From contig CBDEUQ010000003.1 in the NCBI GenBank assembly GCA_965243325.1, forward strand, positions 30,508 through 94,507: DNA of 64,000 bases, in the 5' to 3' direction. Both the position numbers and the translations under genes were made by a program. Under the pieces are notes generated by a model. That model worked only from the letters and a program-made list of their open reading frames with translations. It made no database searches and had not been told where the DNA came from. The stretch is from Alphaproteobacteria bacterium (GTDB taxonomy: Bacteria; Pseudomonadota; Alphaproteobacteria; UBA7887). Of this stretch, positions 39,677 through 48,658 are shown piece after piece. Every line of letters starts with the position of its first letter. The first letter of the stretch is position 1.

Positions 39677-41010
39677 TCGGCCAGGCCCGGCAGCCACAGC
39701 GCGACCTCGGGGACGGCGACCAGCAGCGCCACCGTGAGCATCGCGCAGCCGATGTAGGGCAGCGCCGCGGCGTAGATCTCGCGCATCGACGTGCCCGGCG
39801 GCGCGACGCCCTTCATGACGAACAGGAGCAGGCCGAACGGCGGCGTCGTGAAGCCGATTTCGAGCGCCAGCAGCACCACCGCCGCGAACCACACGAGGTC
39901 GAAGCCGCTCGCCGCCGCCAGCGGGAAGAACACCGGCACCGTGAGCAGCATCATCGAGAGCTGGTCCATGAACATGCCGAGGAGCAGCAGGACGGCGAAC
40001 ATGATCGCCAGCATCATGAGCGGCGCCAGCGCGAAGCCCGTGGCCCAGTCGATCAGCCCGCCGCTGGCGCCGGAGAAGGCGAGCAGCTTGCTGAACGTCG
40101 CCGAGCCGAAAATGATGAGCAGCGCCATGGCGGTGACGCGCAGGGCGCCGAACAGCGCCCGCTCGAGCACGCGGCGGTCGAGCGTGCGGCGCGCCGCCGC
40201 CAGCGCCGCCACGCCGAGGCAGCCGAACGCCGCCGACTCCGACGGCGTCGCCCAGCCGCGCAGGATCAGGAGGACGACTCCGGCGACGATCGCCAGCGCC
40301 GGCGCGATGTCGACGACGACGGCGCGCGCGCGGGCGCGCCACGCCGCCGGTTCGGCGTCGTAGGCCGGCGCGGCGTCCGGGTCGAGGCGGCACTGGATGG
40401 CGATGGTCGCGGCGTAGAGCGCCGCCAGCACGAGGCCGGGGCCGATCCCGGCGATCAGCAGCGCCCCCACGTCGACGTGGGCGAGGGTGGCCAGTAGCAC
40501 CGCCAGCGCCGACGGCGGAATCAGCATCGCCAGGCCGCCGGTGCCGAGGATGGGCCCGATCGACATGTGCTTCTTGTAGCCGCGCCGCGTCATCTCCGGC
40601 ACCATCAGCGAGCCGAGCAGCGCGGTGCTGCCCATCGACGACCCCGACAGCGCCGCGAACGCCGTCCCGCCGGCGACGGTGACGTACGACAGTCGCCCGG
40701 GCACCCGGCCCATCAGCAGGTCGACGGCGCCGAACATGCGCCCGGCGAGGCCGGTGCGGAAGAACAGCTCGCCCATCAGCAGGAACATCGGCACCGGCAC
40801 CAGGTTGAAGGTGGCCACCGCCGGCACCGCGTTGTTCGCGAGCTGGCCGATGCCGCGCGACGCCCGCGCCGCGAGGTCGCCGCCGCCGCCCATGAAGACC
40901 ACCGCGCCGACGACGCTCGCGGCTAGGAAGGCGAGCGCCACCGGCACGCCGACGAACATGAAGAAGAGGACGAGGCCAAGCAGCAGCGCCAGCGCGGCGA
41001 ACCAGTCCAT
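39673..41010 (-). CDS. dctM: TRAP transporter large permease subunit
   Basis: About 445-aa polytopic membrane protein with DctM-like repeats; gene order P-Q-M. Confidence 0.8.
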   Translation of the reverse strand: MDWFAALALLLGLVLFFMFVGVPVALAFLAASVVGAVVFMGGGGDLAARASRGIGQLANNAVPAVATFNLVPVPMFLLMGELFFRTGLAGRMFGAVDLLMGRVPGRLSYVTVAGGTAFAALSGSSMGSTALLGSLMVPEMTRRGYKKHMSIGPILGTGGLAMLIPPSALAVLLATLAHVDVGALLIAGIGPGLVLAALYAATIAIQCRLDPDAAPAYDAEPAAWRARARAVVVDIAPALAIVAGVVLLILRGWATPSESAAFGCLGVAALAAARRTLDRRVLERALFGALRVTAMALLIIFGSATFSKLLAFSGASGGLIDWATGFALAPLMMLAIMFAVLLLLGMFMDQLSMMLLTVPVFFPLAAASGFDLVWFAAVVLLALEIGFTTPPFGLLLFVMKGVAPPGTSMREIYAAALPYIGCAMLTVALLVAVPEVALWLPGLAE

Positions 41011-41015
41011 GGCGT

Positions 41016-41537
41016 CTACGGCAGCGCGCGCGTCCCGGCCGCCGCCGCGCCCGTCGGCGCCTGCATCGTCGCCGGGCCGACGGCGAAGCGGACGAACTGC
41101 GCCGCCATCAGCCCGAAGCACAGCGGCATGGCGCCGAGCAGCAGCCACCGCGGCATGTCGAGCGAGCGCATGACCGTGTCGCCGAGCGCCCACGCCCGCA
41201 CCGTCGCCTCGCCCGTGTACCACGCGAGCACGGCGCAGATGACGACGCAGAGCCCGGCGACCCCGCGCCACAGCGCGCCCCGCGCCCGCGCCGGCACCGC
41301 GGCGGCGAGGAGCTCGATGAACACGTGGCCGCGCTCGGCCACCAGCCACGGCGAGGCGAACATGGCGATGTAGAGGAGGCCGAACTCGGTGAAGGTGAAG
41401 ACGTGCGACGAGCCGGAGAAGCCGAGCGACCGCGCGCTCGCCTGGAACACGATCCCGGCGGCGATGGCGGCGAGGCCGGCGGCGGCGAGCGCCGCGAGGC
41501 CGCCGCACACCCGGTCGAGCGCCCGCGCCGCCGTCAC
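41016..41537 (-). CDS. dctQ: TRAP transporter small permease subunit
   Basis: 173 aa, 4 TM helices; GTG start lies inside the tandem repeat. Confidence 0.7.
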   Translation of the reverse strand: MTAARALDRVCGGLAALAAAGLAAIAAGIVFQASARSLGFSGSSHVFTFTEFGLLYIAMFASPWLVAERGHVFIELLAAAVPARARGALWRGVAGLCVVICAVLAWYTGEATVRAWALGDTVMRSLDMPRWLLLGAMPLCFGLMAAQFVRFAVGPATMQAPTGAAAAGTRALP

Positions 41538-41580
41538 TGCGCCCGCGCCGCCGTCACTGCGCCCGCGCCGCCGTCACTGC
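41521..41580. repeat. perfect 20-bp x3 tandem direct repeat (GCCCGCGCCGCCGTCACTGC) at the dctP-dctQ junction
   Basis: Three identical head-to-tail copies read directly from the sequence. The copy nearest dctP supplies its TGA stop and the copy nearest dctQ supplies its GTG start. Confidence 0.9.
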
Positions 41581-42581
41581 GCCGGCTCGGGCGCGTAGAG
41601 CGCGCGCAGCCGGGCGACCACCGCGCCGTCCTCGCCCAGGCGCTCGATGCGCCGCGCCATGCGGTCCCACGCCGCCTCCGCCGCGGTCCGCAGGTAGGTC
41701 TCGCGCGCCGCGCCCTCCATGGCGACGATCTCCATGCCGCCCGCGGTCAGCGCCGCCACTTCCGCCTCGCGGTCGGCGGCGCGCTCGGCGAACGACCGCG
41801 CCTCCCATTCGACGGCGACGGCGCCGAGCAGCGCCCGCGCCTCGTCGCCGAGCGCCTGCCAGCGGTCGAGGTTGACCACCACCGCGAGGTCGGTGCGGTA
41901 GAACCGAGGGTCGATGCGGTATTTCAGGAACTTGTCCCACTTCTGGTCGCGGATGCCGATCGAGGTGAACGCCGCCGCGTCGACCACGCCCTTCTCCAGC
42001 GCCGAATAGACTTCCGTGGACTTGAGCGACGCCGTGGTCGCCCCGAGGGCGACGAAGAAGGCGTGGTAGATGGGGTTGTCGCGCACCACGAGGCCCGAGA
42101 GGTCGACCATGCCGTCGGCGCCGAGCTCCGGCCGCGCCGCGGTGTAGATGTGAAAGCCGATGCCGCCGTCGGGCCAGGCCAGCAGCACCGCGTTCAGGCG
42201 CCGCCGGTGGATCGAGTCCATGAGCGCGTGCCCGCCGTTTTCGCGCACCGCCATCGGCGTCAGCGTCGAGGCGACCATGGCGTCGCTCTCGGGCACCGCG
42301 GCGCCGTAGAAGCTCGCCGGGATCGACGCCATGTCGACCACGCCGTCGCGCACCGCGCCCGCCTGCTCGAACATGCCGATGGCCTCCGGGCCGCCGCGCA
42401 CGTCGATCCGCACCGTGCCGGCGCCGCGCCGGTTCACCTCCTCGACGAAGCCGAGGAAGCTCTTGGTGTAGACGAGGAACTCGGGGAAGGCGTGCACCGC
42501 GGTCAGGCGCTCTTCCGCCGCCGCCGCGCCGGCGAGCATCGGGGCTGCGAGTGCGAGAAGCGCAACGCGGATCGCTTTCAT
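41574..42581 (-). CDS. dctP: TRAP transporter substrate-binding protein
   Basis: Signal peptide MKAIRVALLALAAPMLAGAAAA; DctP-family periplasmic binding protein; RBS GGGAGGG. Confidence 0.8.
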   Translation of the reverse strand: MKAIRVALLALAAPMLAGAAAAEERLTAVHAFPEFLVYTKSFLGFVEEVNRRGAGTVRIDVRGGPEAIGMFEQAGAVRDGVVDMASIPASFYGAAVPESDAMVASTLTPMAVRENGGHALMDSIHRRRLNAVLLAWPDGGIGFHIYTAARPELGADGMVDLSGLVVRDNPIYHAFFVALGATTASLKSTEVYSALEKGVVDAAAFTSIGIRDQKWDKFLKYRIDPRFYRTDLAVVVNLDRWQALGDEARALLGAVAVEWEARSFAERAADREAEVAALTAGGMEIVAMEGAARETYLRTAAEAAWDRMARRIERLGEDGAVVARLRALYAPEPAQ

Positions 42582-43131
42582 GGCCTTACCCTCCCTGGCG
42601 GCGCCCCCGGACCTTGCCGCCAAAGCCGCCGCGCCGCAAGACGCCGCCGCGGGAGCCCCCTGGACCCCGGATCGTCGCTCCGCTCCGTCCGGGGTGACAG
42701 GTGGGGGCGGGGTAGGCGCCGTTCATCCTCAACTGTCACCCCGGGCTTGACCCGGGGTCGCATCATACTGTAGCCAACTCCCGCCACCATCCGCCGTTCG
42801 GCGTCGAATGTATGATACAGCATTGTAATAGTTGACGATTTTCTGTCCTCCCCGGTTTCGCGGCCCTTGACTTGCCGCCAGATATCGCCTTCAATCGCCC
42901 CCGACTTGATGCCGCTCGCATACGGTTTGATGACTGGAATTCGCGGCAATTTTCGAGAGGGCGCGGCGAGCGCGCGAATCCCGGAAAACGCCCGTTCGGT
43001 CCCGCGGTGACGGAAGAGGAGGAAGAGGCCGGCGGCGGTTGGGGTGGATAGGCGGAGGCGGAGCCCGGAGTTGCCATCGACTTCCTCATCCTCGCCGTCC
43101 TTCGCACCAACGCCTTCGGGGAGAGAACACC

Positions 43132-44316
43132 ATGCCGAAACGGAGCACCCTCAGGCTGACCAAGCGGAGTGTGGACGCGCTCAGGCACGGCGGCAAGGAT
43201 GCGATCTTCTGGGACCGCGATTTGGCCGGCTTCGGTGTGCGCGTCCACGCCACCGGGCGCAGGCTCTGCATCGTCCAGTCGCGGGGGCCGACAGGCCTGA
43301 AGCGGGCCACCCTGGGGCCGGTCGGCGACAGGACCGTCGAGGAGTATCGCCGCGAGGCGGCGGCGGCCATCGACCGCATCAAGCGGGGCGAGGACCCGAG
43401 GCCGCCGGAGCCGGCGCCCGAGCCCACCGTCGCCGATCTGGCGGCGCTCTGCCTGAAGGACCATGTCGCCGCGCGCTGCAAGCCGGCGACGGCGGAGAAC
43501 TACCGGAAGTCCATCGACTGCCACATCCTGCCGGCGCTGGGGCGCAGGGCGTTGAAGGATGTGATGCCCGATGATGTGGCCAAGCTCCATCACCGGCTGC
43601 GCGGCACGCCGGCGGCGGCCAACCAGGCGATCTGGGTGCTCTCGAAGATGTTCTCGCTCGCCGAGAGCTGGGAGATGGTCCCGCCCGGGCGCAACCCGTG
43701 CCGGCATGTCCGCCACTACCGCGCCACACCCCGCGAGCGCTTCCTGACGCCGGACGAGTTCCGGCGCATCGGCGATGCGCTGAAGACCTTCGAGGACAAT
43801 GGCAAGATGCAGCCGTCGGCCATCGCGGCGATCCGCCTCTTGATGCTGACCGGCTGCCGCTCGGACGAGATCCTCACCCTGCAATGGGACGACATCGACC
43901 GCGCGGCGCGGGTCATCCGGCTCCGCGATTCGAAAACGGGGCCGCGCATGGTGCCGCTGACCGCGCCGGTGCTCACGGTGCTGGACCGCATCGAGCGGCA
44001 GGACGGCGTGCCCTGGGTCTTGCGGGGATCGAAGCCGAAGTCCCGTCTCACCTGCCTCTCCTGGCACTGGCGGAAGGTCAGGACGGCGACCGGGCTCAAC
44101 GACGTGCGGCTTCACGACTGCCGGCACAGCTACGCCAGCAGGGCGCTGGCGCTGGGCGAGGGTCTGCCGGTCATCGGGCGCCTGCTCGGCCATGCCAGGG
44201 TCGGCACCACCGCAAAATACGCCCACCTGGTGCGCGACGCCGAGAAGGCGGCCGCCGCCAGGACCGGCGGCAGCATCGCCGCCTGGATCATGCCCGGCGA
44301 CGCCGAGGCGGCGTGA
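43132..44316 (+). CDS. P4-type tyrosine integrase (DUF4102 arm domain plus catalytic domain), first of a tandem pair
   Basis: N-terminal ...LTKRSVDALRHGGKDAIFWDRDLAGFGVRVHATGRRLCIVQ... arm domain; catalytic HDCRHSYASRA...TAKYAHL (R-H-R-Y present). Confidence 0.85.
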   Translation: MPKRSTLRLTKRSVDALRHGGKDAIFWDRDLAGFGVRVHATGRRLCIVQSRGPTGLKRATLGPVGDRTVEEYRREAAAAIDRIKRGEDPRPPEPAPEPTVADLAALCLKDHVAARCKPATAENYRKSIDCHILPALGRRALKDVMPDDVAKLHHRLRGTPAAANQAIWVLSKMFSLAESWEMVPPGRNPCRHVRHYRATPRERFLTPDEFRRIGDALKTFEDNGKMQPSAIAAIRLLMLTGCRSDEILTLQWDDIDRAARVIRLRDSKTGPRMVPLTAPVLTVLDRIERQDGVPWVLRGSKPKSRLTCLSWHWRKVRTATGLNDVRLHDCRHSYASRALALGEGLPVIGRLLGHARVGTTAKYAHLVRDAEKAAAARTGGSIAAWIMPGDAEAA

Positions 44317-44327
44317 GGGGAAGAGCA

Positions 44328-45503
44328 ATGCAGCAGAGGACGATCTCCAACCGCTCCGTGGCCGCCATGACGGTCGAGCGCGACACGGTGTTCTGGGACC
44401 GGACCGTGACCGGCTTCGGGGTCCGGGTCTATCCGACCGGCGGCAAGGTCTACATCGCCCAGGCCAGGGGGCCGGAAGGGCCGAAGCGTGTGACGGTGGG
44501 CCGGCACGGCGTGCTGAATGCCGACGAGGCGCGCCAGAGGGCGGCGCTGATCGTGACGCGCATCAAGGCGGGCGAGGACCCGGTGCCGCTGCCGCTCGCG
44601 GCCCGGGCGAGGGCCAATGGGAGTCCGACCGTGGCCGACCTCGCGGCGCGCTATCTGGCGGATCATGTCGAGGTGCGGCTCAAGCCGCAGACGCGGGCCA
44701 AGACCCGCGGCGTGCTCCGCCGCCACATCCTGCCGGCCCTCGGCAAGCTGCCGGTGGAGACGGTGGAGCGCCGGCACGCGGTCGATCTGCACCGAGGGCT
44801 GAGCGACCGCCCGGTGACGGCGAACCGGGCGGTCAAGACGCTGGCGCACATGTACCGTCTGGGCGAAGGCTGGGGCCTGGTGCCGGCGGGCTGCAACCCG
44901 TGCCGGTCGATCGAGAAGTATCCCGAGCGCGGCCGCGAGCGCTTCCTGACCGACGCCGAGTTCGCCCGGCTCGGGCAAGTGCTGGACGACGCCGTGGACG
45001 CCGGCGCCGTCCCGCCCGTGGCCGCGGCGGCGATCCGCCTGCTGATGCTGACCGGCTGCCGCAAGGGCGAGGTGCTGGCGCTGCGCTGGACGGACGTCGA
45101 TCTCGACGCCGGCGAGCTCCGCCTGCCCGACGCGAAGTCCGGTCCCCGCGCGGTGCAGCTGCCGCCGCCGGCAGTGCGGCTGCTGGACACGCTGCCGCGC
45201 CGGGCGGGCAGCCCGTGGGTGTTTCCGGGCAGGGACCGGGCCGGGCGCTACAGCGCGGGCGGCCTCGACCACGCCTGGCACGCCGTGCGCGAGGCCGCGA
45301 AGCTGGAGGACGTGCGGATCCACGACCTCCGGCACAGCTTCGCTTCGAGAGCGCTGGCGCTCGGCGAGACCCTGCCGGTGATCGGCAAGCTGCTGGGTCA
45401 CAACGACATCGAGACGACCGCGAGATACGCCCATCTGGCGCAGGATTCCGTCCACGAGGCGGCGGAGAGAATCGCTGCCAGCATCGCGGCCGAGATATTG
45501 TGA
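44328..45503 (+). CDS. P4-type tyrosine integrase, second of a tandem pair
   Basis: Starts 11 nt after int1. FWDRTVTGFGVRVYPTGGKVYIAQ arm domain; HDLRHSFASRA...TARYAHL catalytic motif. Confidence 0.85.
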   Translation: MQQRTISNRSVAAMTVERDTVFWDRTVTGFGVRVYPTGGKVYIAQARGPEGPKRVTVGRHGVLNADEARQRAALIVTRIKAGEDPVPLPLAARARANGSPTVADLAARYLADHVEVRLKPQTRAKTRGVLRRHILPALGKLPVETVERRHAVDLHRGLSDRPVTANRAVKTLAHMYRLGEGWGLVPAGCNPCRSIEKYPERGRERFLTDAEFARLGQVLDDAVDAGAVPPVAAAAIRLLMLTGCRKGEVLALRWTDVDLDAGELRLPDAKSGPRAVQLPPPAVRLLDTLPRRAGSPWVFPGRDRAGRYSAGGLDHAWHAVREAAKLEDVRIHDLRHSFASRALALGETLPVIGKLLGHNDIETTARYAHLAQDSVHEAAERIAASIAAEIL

Positions 45504-45628
45504 TCCGCGCCCGCGAACAACCCCGTCGGCGGGGCGGCATCGCGGTCTGCGCCGAGGTCTTGACGCCGGGCGGGGCAAGGGACTACCTTCCCTTTCGAGA
45601 CGCAGTCCAGTACTGCCCTCCTTCCGAG

Positions 45629-45657
45629 GCCCGCGCTCCGGTGCGGGCTTTCGTGTT
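45629..45657 (+). terminator. probable terminator after the integrase pair
   Basis: GCCCGC-gctccggt-GCGGGC hairpin followed by TTTCGTGTTTCC. Confidence 0.45.
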
Positions 45658-45672
45658 TCCGGAGGGCCGTGG

Positions 45673-46416
45673 ATGACGTATTTCGCCTATCTCGACGAGT
45701 TCGGCCATGTCGGCCCCTATGTGGCCCGGACCGACCCCAAATTCCGGGAGAGCCCGGTATTCGGCCTCGCCGGCTTCGTCCTGCCGGCCGACGAGGTGCG
45801 CGGCTTCGGGACCTGGTTCTACCAGCGCAAGTGCGAGCTTCTCGCCTTCGAGATCGGGCGGTCGGAAAAACACCCGGCCGAGTGGGAGAAGAAGGGGTCC
45901 AGCCTCTACACGGCGACCAACGTCACCCGCTATCCCGAGCTGCGCCGGTTCACCAACCGGCTGCTGAACAGGATCGAGGCGCTCGGCGGGTTCGTCCTCC
46001 ATGTCGGGATACGCAAGACGGGCTCTCCGGAGAGGCACGATCCCAACCGCCTCTATGCGCGGGTGTTTCTGGAGGCGATCAAGCGGATCGACCAGTTCTG
46101 CGCCGTCGACTGCGATCCGCCGGAGGAGTTCGTGCTGATCCTCGACGAGCACAACCAGCGCCCGGCGCTGGTCGCGCAGGCCGCGCAGAGCATGTACGCG
46201 CGCACCGAACGGCGACGGCACCTTATCGAGCCGCCGTTCCATGTCGAGAGCCACCGCTACCAGACGCTTCAGGCCGCCGACTGGATCGCGGGTCTGGTCG
46301 GACGCCTGGGCGCGGTCCGGGCCGAACCGGCGGTCTGGCCGGAGAACGAGGTCTTCCGCCGGTATTTCGAGCACCGCATCAACCGCGTCAGCCGCCGCAG
46401 CGGTATCCGCCGCTGA
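45673..46416 (+). CDS. DUF3800 domain-containing protein
   Basis: N-terminal MTYFAYLDEFGH (YxDESG-like) and C-terminal HVESHRYQTLQAADWIAG are the two DUF3800 signature blocks. Confidence 0.6.
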   Translation: MTYFAYLDEFGHVGPYVARTDPKFRESPVFGLAGFVLPADEVRGFGTWFYQRKCELLAFEIGRSEKHPAEWEKKGSSLYTATNVTRYPELRRFTNRLLNRIEALGGFVLHVGIRKTGSPERHDPNRLYARVFLEAIKRIDQFCAVDCDPPEEFVLILDEHNQRPALVAQAAQSMYARTERRRHLIEPPFHVESHRYQTLQAADWIAGLVGRLGAVRAEPAVWPENEVFRRYFEHRINRVSRRSGIRR

Positions 46417-46499
46417 CATCGGCTCCGGGGCCTCCGATCCAACACGAGCGAGCGGCGATGACGCGCTGCATCCGGCGCGCGATCGCGTGAGCTTCCCGT

Positions 46500-46850
46500 T
46501 CAGCGGCGGCCGTGCCCGGCGCCGGCCAGCACGCCGTCGACCTGGGCGCGCGACAGGCGGAACTCCCGGGCGATCGCCGCCGGCTTGAGGCCGGCCTCGA
46601 AGGCGGCGAGGATCAGCTTTTCCTGTCCCGCCGTCACCGGCGCGGGCTTGCCGCGCCCCTTCCCTCCAGACGTCTTGCCGGCCTGCCGCCCGCGCCGGCG
46701 GGCTTCGGCGGTTGCCGCGTCGACCAGCCGGTCCAGCTCCGCGTCATCGAGATGGCGCAGTGAATGCTCCAGATCGGCGGGCAGCATCGGCGTGCCCTCG
46801 TTCCGCCCGCGCCCGCCGGGATTCCTGCCCCCGTCCCTGCCTTGCGCCAT
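46500..46850 (-). CDS. small HTH DNA-binding protein (possible regulator or excisionase-like)
   Basis: C-terminal ...GQEKLILAAFEAGLKPAAIAREFRLSRAQVDGVL... helix-turn-helix. Start ambiguous (46850 or 46787). Confidence 0.4.
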   Translation of the reverse strand: MAQGRDGGRNPGGRGRNEGTPMLPADLEHSLRHLDDAELDRLVDAATAEARRRGRQAGKTSGGKGRGKPAPVTAGQEKLILAAFEAGLKPAAIAREFRLSRAQVDGVLAGAGHGRR

Positions 46851-47094
46851 CGCGTCTTCCGTCCACTGCCCCGGAAACCCTCGCGGCCGATTACAGCCCG
46901 ACAGGCCCGCTGCTGGCCATAGCGCCGATCCCCGCCCGTGTCGCCGTCCCGCCGTCCGCCCACACCCCGGTTCGGTCGCCACCGTCCTGGATCGCGCCGC
47001 CGGGAGGGGAGTTCCGGCCGTGAGCGGGCGCGGTCGGGTGTCCGGGGAGGGCGTCCCGGCCGCGTTCCACCACCGGCACGATGGAGACGGCATC

Positions 47095-47439
47095 ATGAGC
47101 GCGGCATTCGCGATTCCCCGCAACACGGCCTCGACGTTCCTCACCCATTTCTTCGGCAGCGGCCTCTCCGACGACACCTATGTCGTGGAGCGGTTCAAGG
47201 CGATGGTGGACGGCGACATCCGCCGTTGCGCCGACCGGCAGCCCGCGGCGAAGACGGGTACGACGAAGACGGGCCGGCGCAAGACGAAGGACGCCACCGT
47301 CACCCGCAAGGCGGTGCAGGATCTGCGTCCGGCCCGCACCGAGATCATCGTCTGCACCGGGCTCAAGACCCGGGGCGGGGTGCAGATCTGGGGCGACATC
47401 GCCTGCGGACTTTTCCACGACCGCAAGCAGAAGGGCTGA
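47095..47439 (+). CDS. hypothetical protein (114 aa)
   Basis: In-frame ATG inside longer ORF 46585..47439; no recognised domain. Confidence 0.35.
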   Translation: MSAAFAIPRNTASTFLTHFFGSGLSDDTYVVERFKAMVDGDIRRCADRQPAAKTGTTKTGRRKTKDATVTRKAVQDLRPARTEIIVCTGLKTRGGVQIWGDIACGLFHDRKQKG

Positions 47440-47548
47440 CGGCTCCCTTCCCGGACGTCCTGCCGGCCCGGCGTCCCCGCCTCGGGGGCCGGGGCAAGCG
47501 GCAGGGCGTCCTTCCCTCCGTTTCGGTATCGGCAGGAAGGGGGTCGCC

Positions 47549-48154
47549 ATGGCTCGACGCGACATCGACGAGCGGCTGGACAGGCGGCGGCGGCGCAACC
47601 TGGACCGCTACCATCGGCGCGTTGCCGAACGCCGGGAGCGCGGCCTGTGCATCAAGTGCGGCCAGCGCCCGCCCGCGCCGGAGCGCAGCATCTGCGCACC
47701 CTGCGGCGAGAAGGCCAGGGCCTCCGAGCGTGCCCGCGCCGCTCGGCTCCGGGCCGAGGGCAAGCCGGTGCGCGATCCCGAAGCCAGACGCTGGGCCGAC
47801 CGCGAGCGCGACCGCCGCCAGCACGCCGAGCGCCGGGCCGCCGGCATTTGCGTCAAGTGCGGCCGGGTCCCGGCGCTCCCGGAGCGGACCCAGTGCGGGC
47901 CTTGCGCCGAACGGCGTCTGGCCGCCGACCGCGCCCGTCACGCCAGAGCGAGAGCCGAGGGCAGGCCGCCGCGCAATTCGGAAGCCAGTCGACTGGCCGA
48001 CCGCGAGCGCTGCCGCCGCCGTCGGGTCGAACGCCGGGCGGCCGGGCTGTGCATCCGCTGCGGGACCCTCTCGCCCGAAGCGGGTCGGTCGATGTGCGAG
48101 CCCTGCCGCGACGACCGGGATTACACGGTCAACTGCACGCTCAAGATGCGTTGA
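47549..48154 (+). CDS. Arg-rich protein with 3 tandem Cys4 zinc-ribbon modules (family member 1)
   Basis: RBS GGAAGGGGG. Three repeats of ...ERRxxGLCxKCGxxPxxPERxxCxPC...: CIKCG...CAPCGEK, CVKCG...CGPCAER, CIRCG...CEPCRDD. Lacks the C-terminal domain of members 2 and 3. Confidence 0.6.
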   Translation: MARRDIDERLDRRRRRNLDRYHRRVAERRERGLCIKCGQRPPAPERSICAPCGEKARASERARAARLRAEGKPVRDPEARRWADRERDRRQHAERRAAGICVKCGRVPALPERTQCGPCAERRLAADRARHARARAEGRPPRNSEASRLADRERCRRRRVERRAAGLCIRCGTLSPEAGRSMCEPCRDDRDYTVNCTLKMR

Positions 48155-48170
48155 GGGTCGGCGGTTTCGG

Positions 48171-48476
48171 GTGACGCACCCGTTTCATCCTCTTCACGGG
48201 CGCGAGTTCGAGCTGATTGAGAACTGGACGATCATGGGAGTGGCGTGGCTTCGATACCCAAGTGACGACGGGACGCTGCGCAGCATCCGACAGGCTTGGA
48301 CCAGCGTAGCGGACGAGGATCCGTTTGTGCGCGTGTCGGCGGGCCGGTCGGCGTTCCGCCTCTCGGACCTGTTTGCGCTGGCGGCATTGCTGGACAGCCT
48401 GGATGGGGACGACCGCACCGTGCGGGAGAACGATAACGGGGCGGAGACTGTCAAGGAGATTTTGCCGAATGTGTAA
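48171..48476 (+). CDS. hypothetical protein (101 aa)
   Basis: GTG start just after the stop of the preceding gene; no recognised domain. Confidence 0.35.
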   Translation: MTHPFHPLHGREFELIENWTIMGVAWLRYPSDDGTLRSIRQAWTSVADEDPFVRVSAGRSAFRLSDLFALAALLDSLDGDDRTVRENDNGAETVKEILPNV

Positions 48477-48583
48477 GAATGTTTTTGCACATAAACGGGG
48501 AATACAGGGCATCTTGACGGCCAGGAAGACGGCGTCTTCTGGCTATTATGTGAAGTATAGCATGGAGTTTCCGATCATAAAGA

Positions 48584-48620
48584 GGAAGAAAGGGGTTGAT
48601 ACGGCGTTGGGAATGTGCAT
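48584..48620 (+). promoter_or_regulatory. sigma-70-like promoter in an AT-rich patch upstream of the HTH - ORF - serine recombinase operon
   Basis: TTGATA-N17/18-ATAAAT/TAAATA inside a locally AT-rich about 180-bp segment that also holds the palindrome GAAGACggcGTCTTC (48519-48533). Confidence 0.4.
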
Positions 48621-48658
48621 AAATATACTTACATTCCTTTTCCGACGGAGCCCGCGCC

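Noticed and set aside
41521-41580. Possible CRISPR array
   Set aside because: Only three contiguous identical 20-bp units with no intervening unique spacers and no cas genes; this is a simple tandem repeat.
42600-43131. tRNA or tmRNA gene as the integration target at the left island junction, and elsewhere in intergenic regions
   Set aside because: No GTTCRANYC T-loop with a following acceptor stem/CCA and no cloverleaf-compatible segment found by eye in any intergenic region. Software confirmation is still needed.
46512-46763. 83-aa plus-strand ORF overlapping the minus-strand HTH gene
   Set aside because: Junk-like composition. The minus-strand frame has a recognisable helix-turn-helix and a sensible start.
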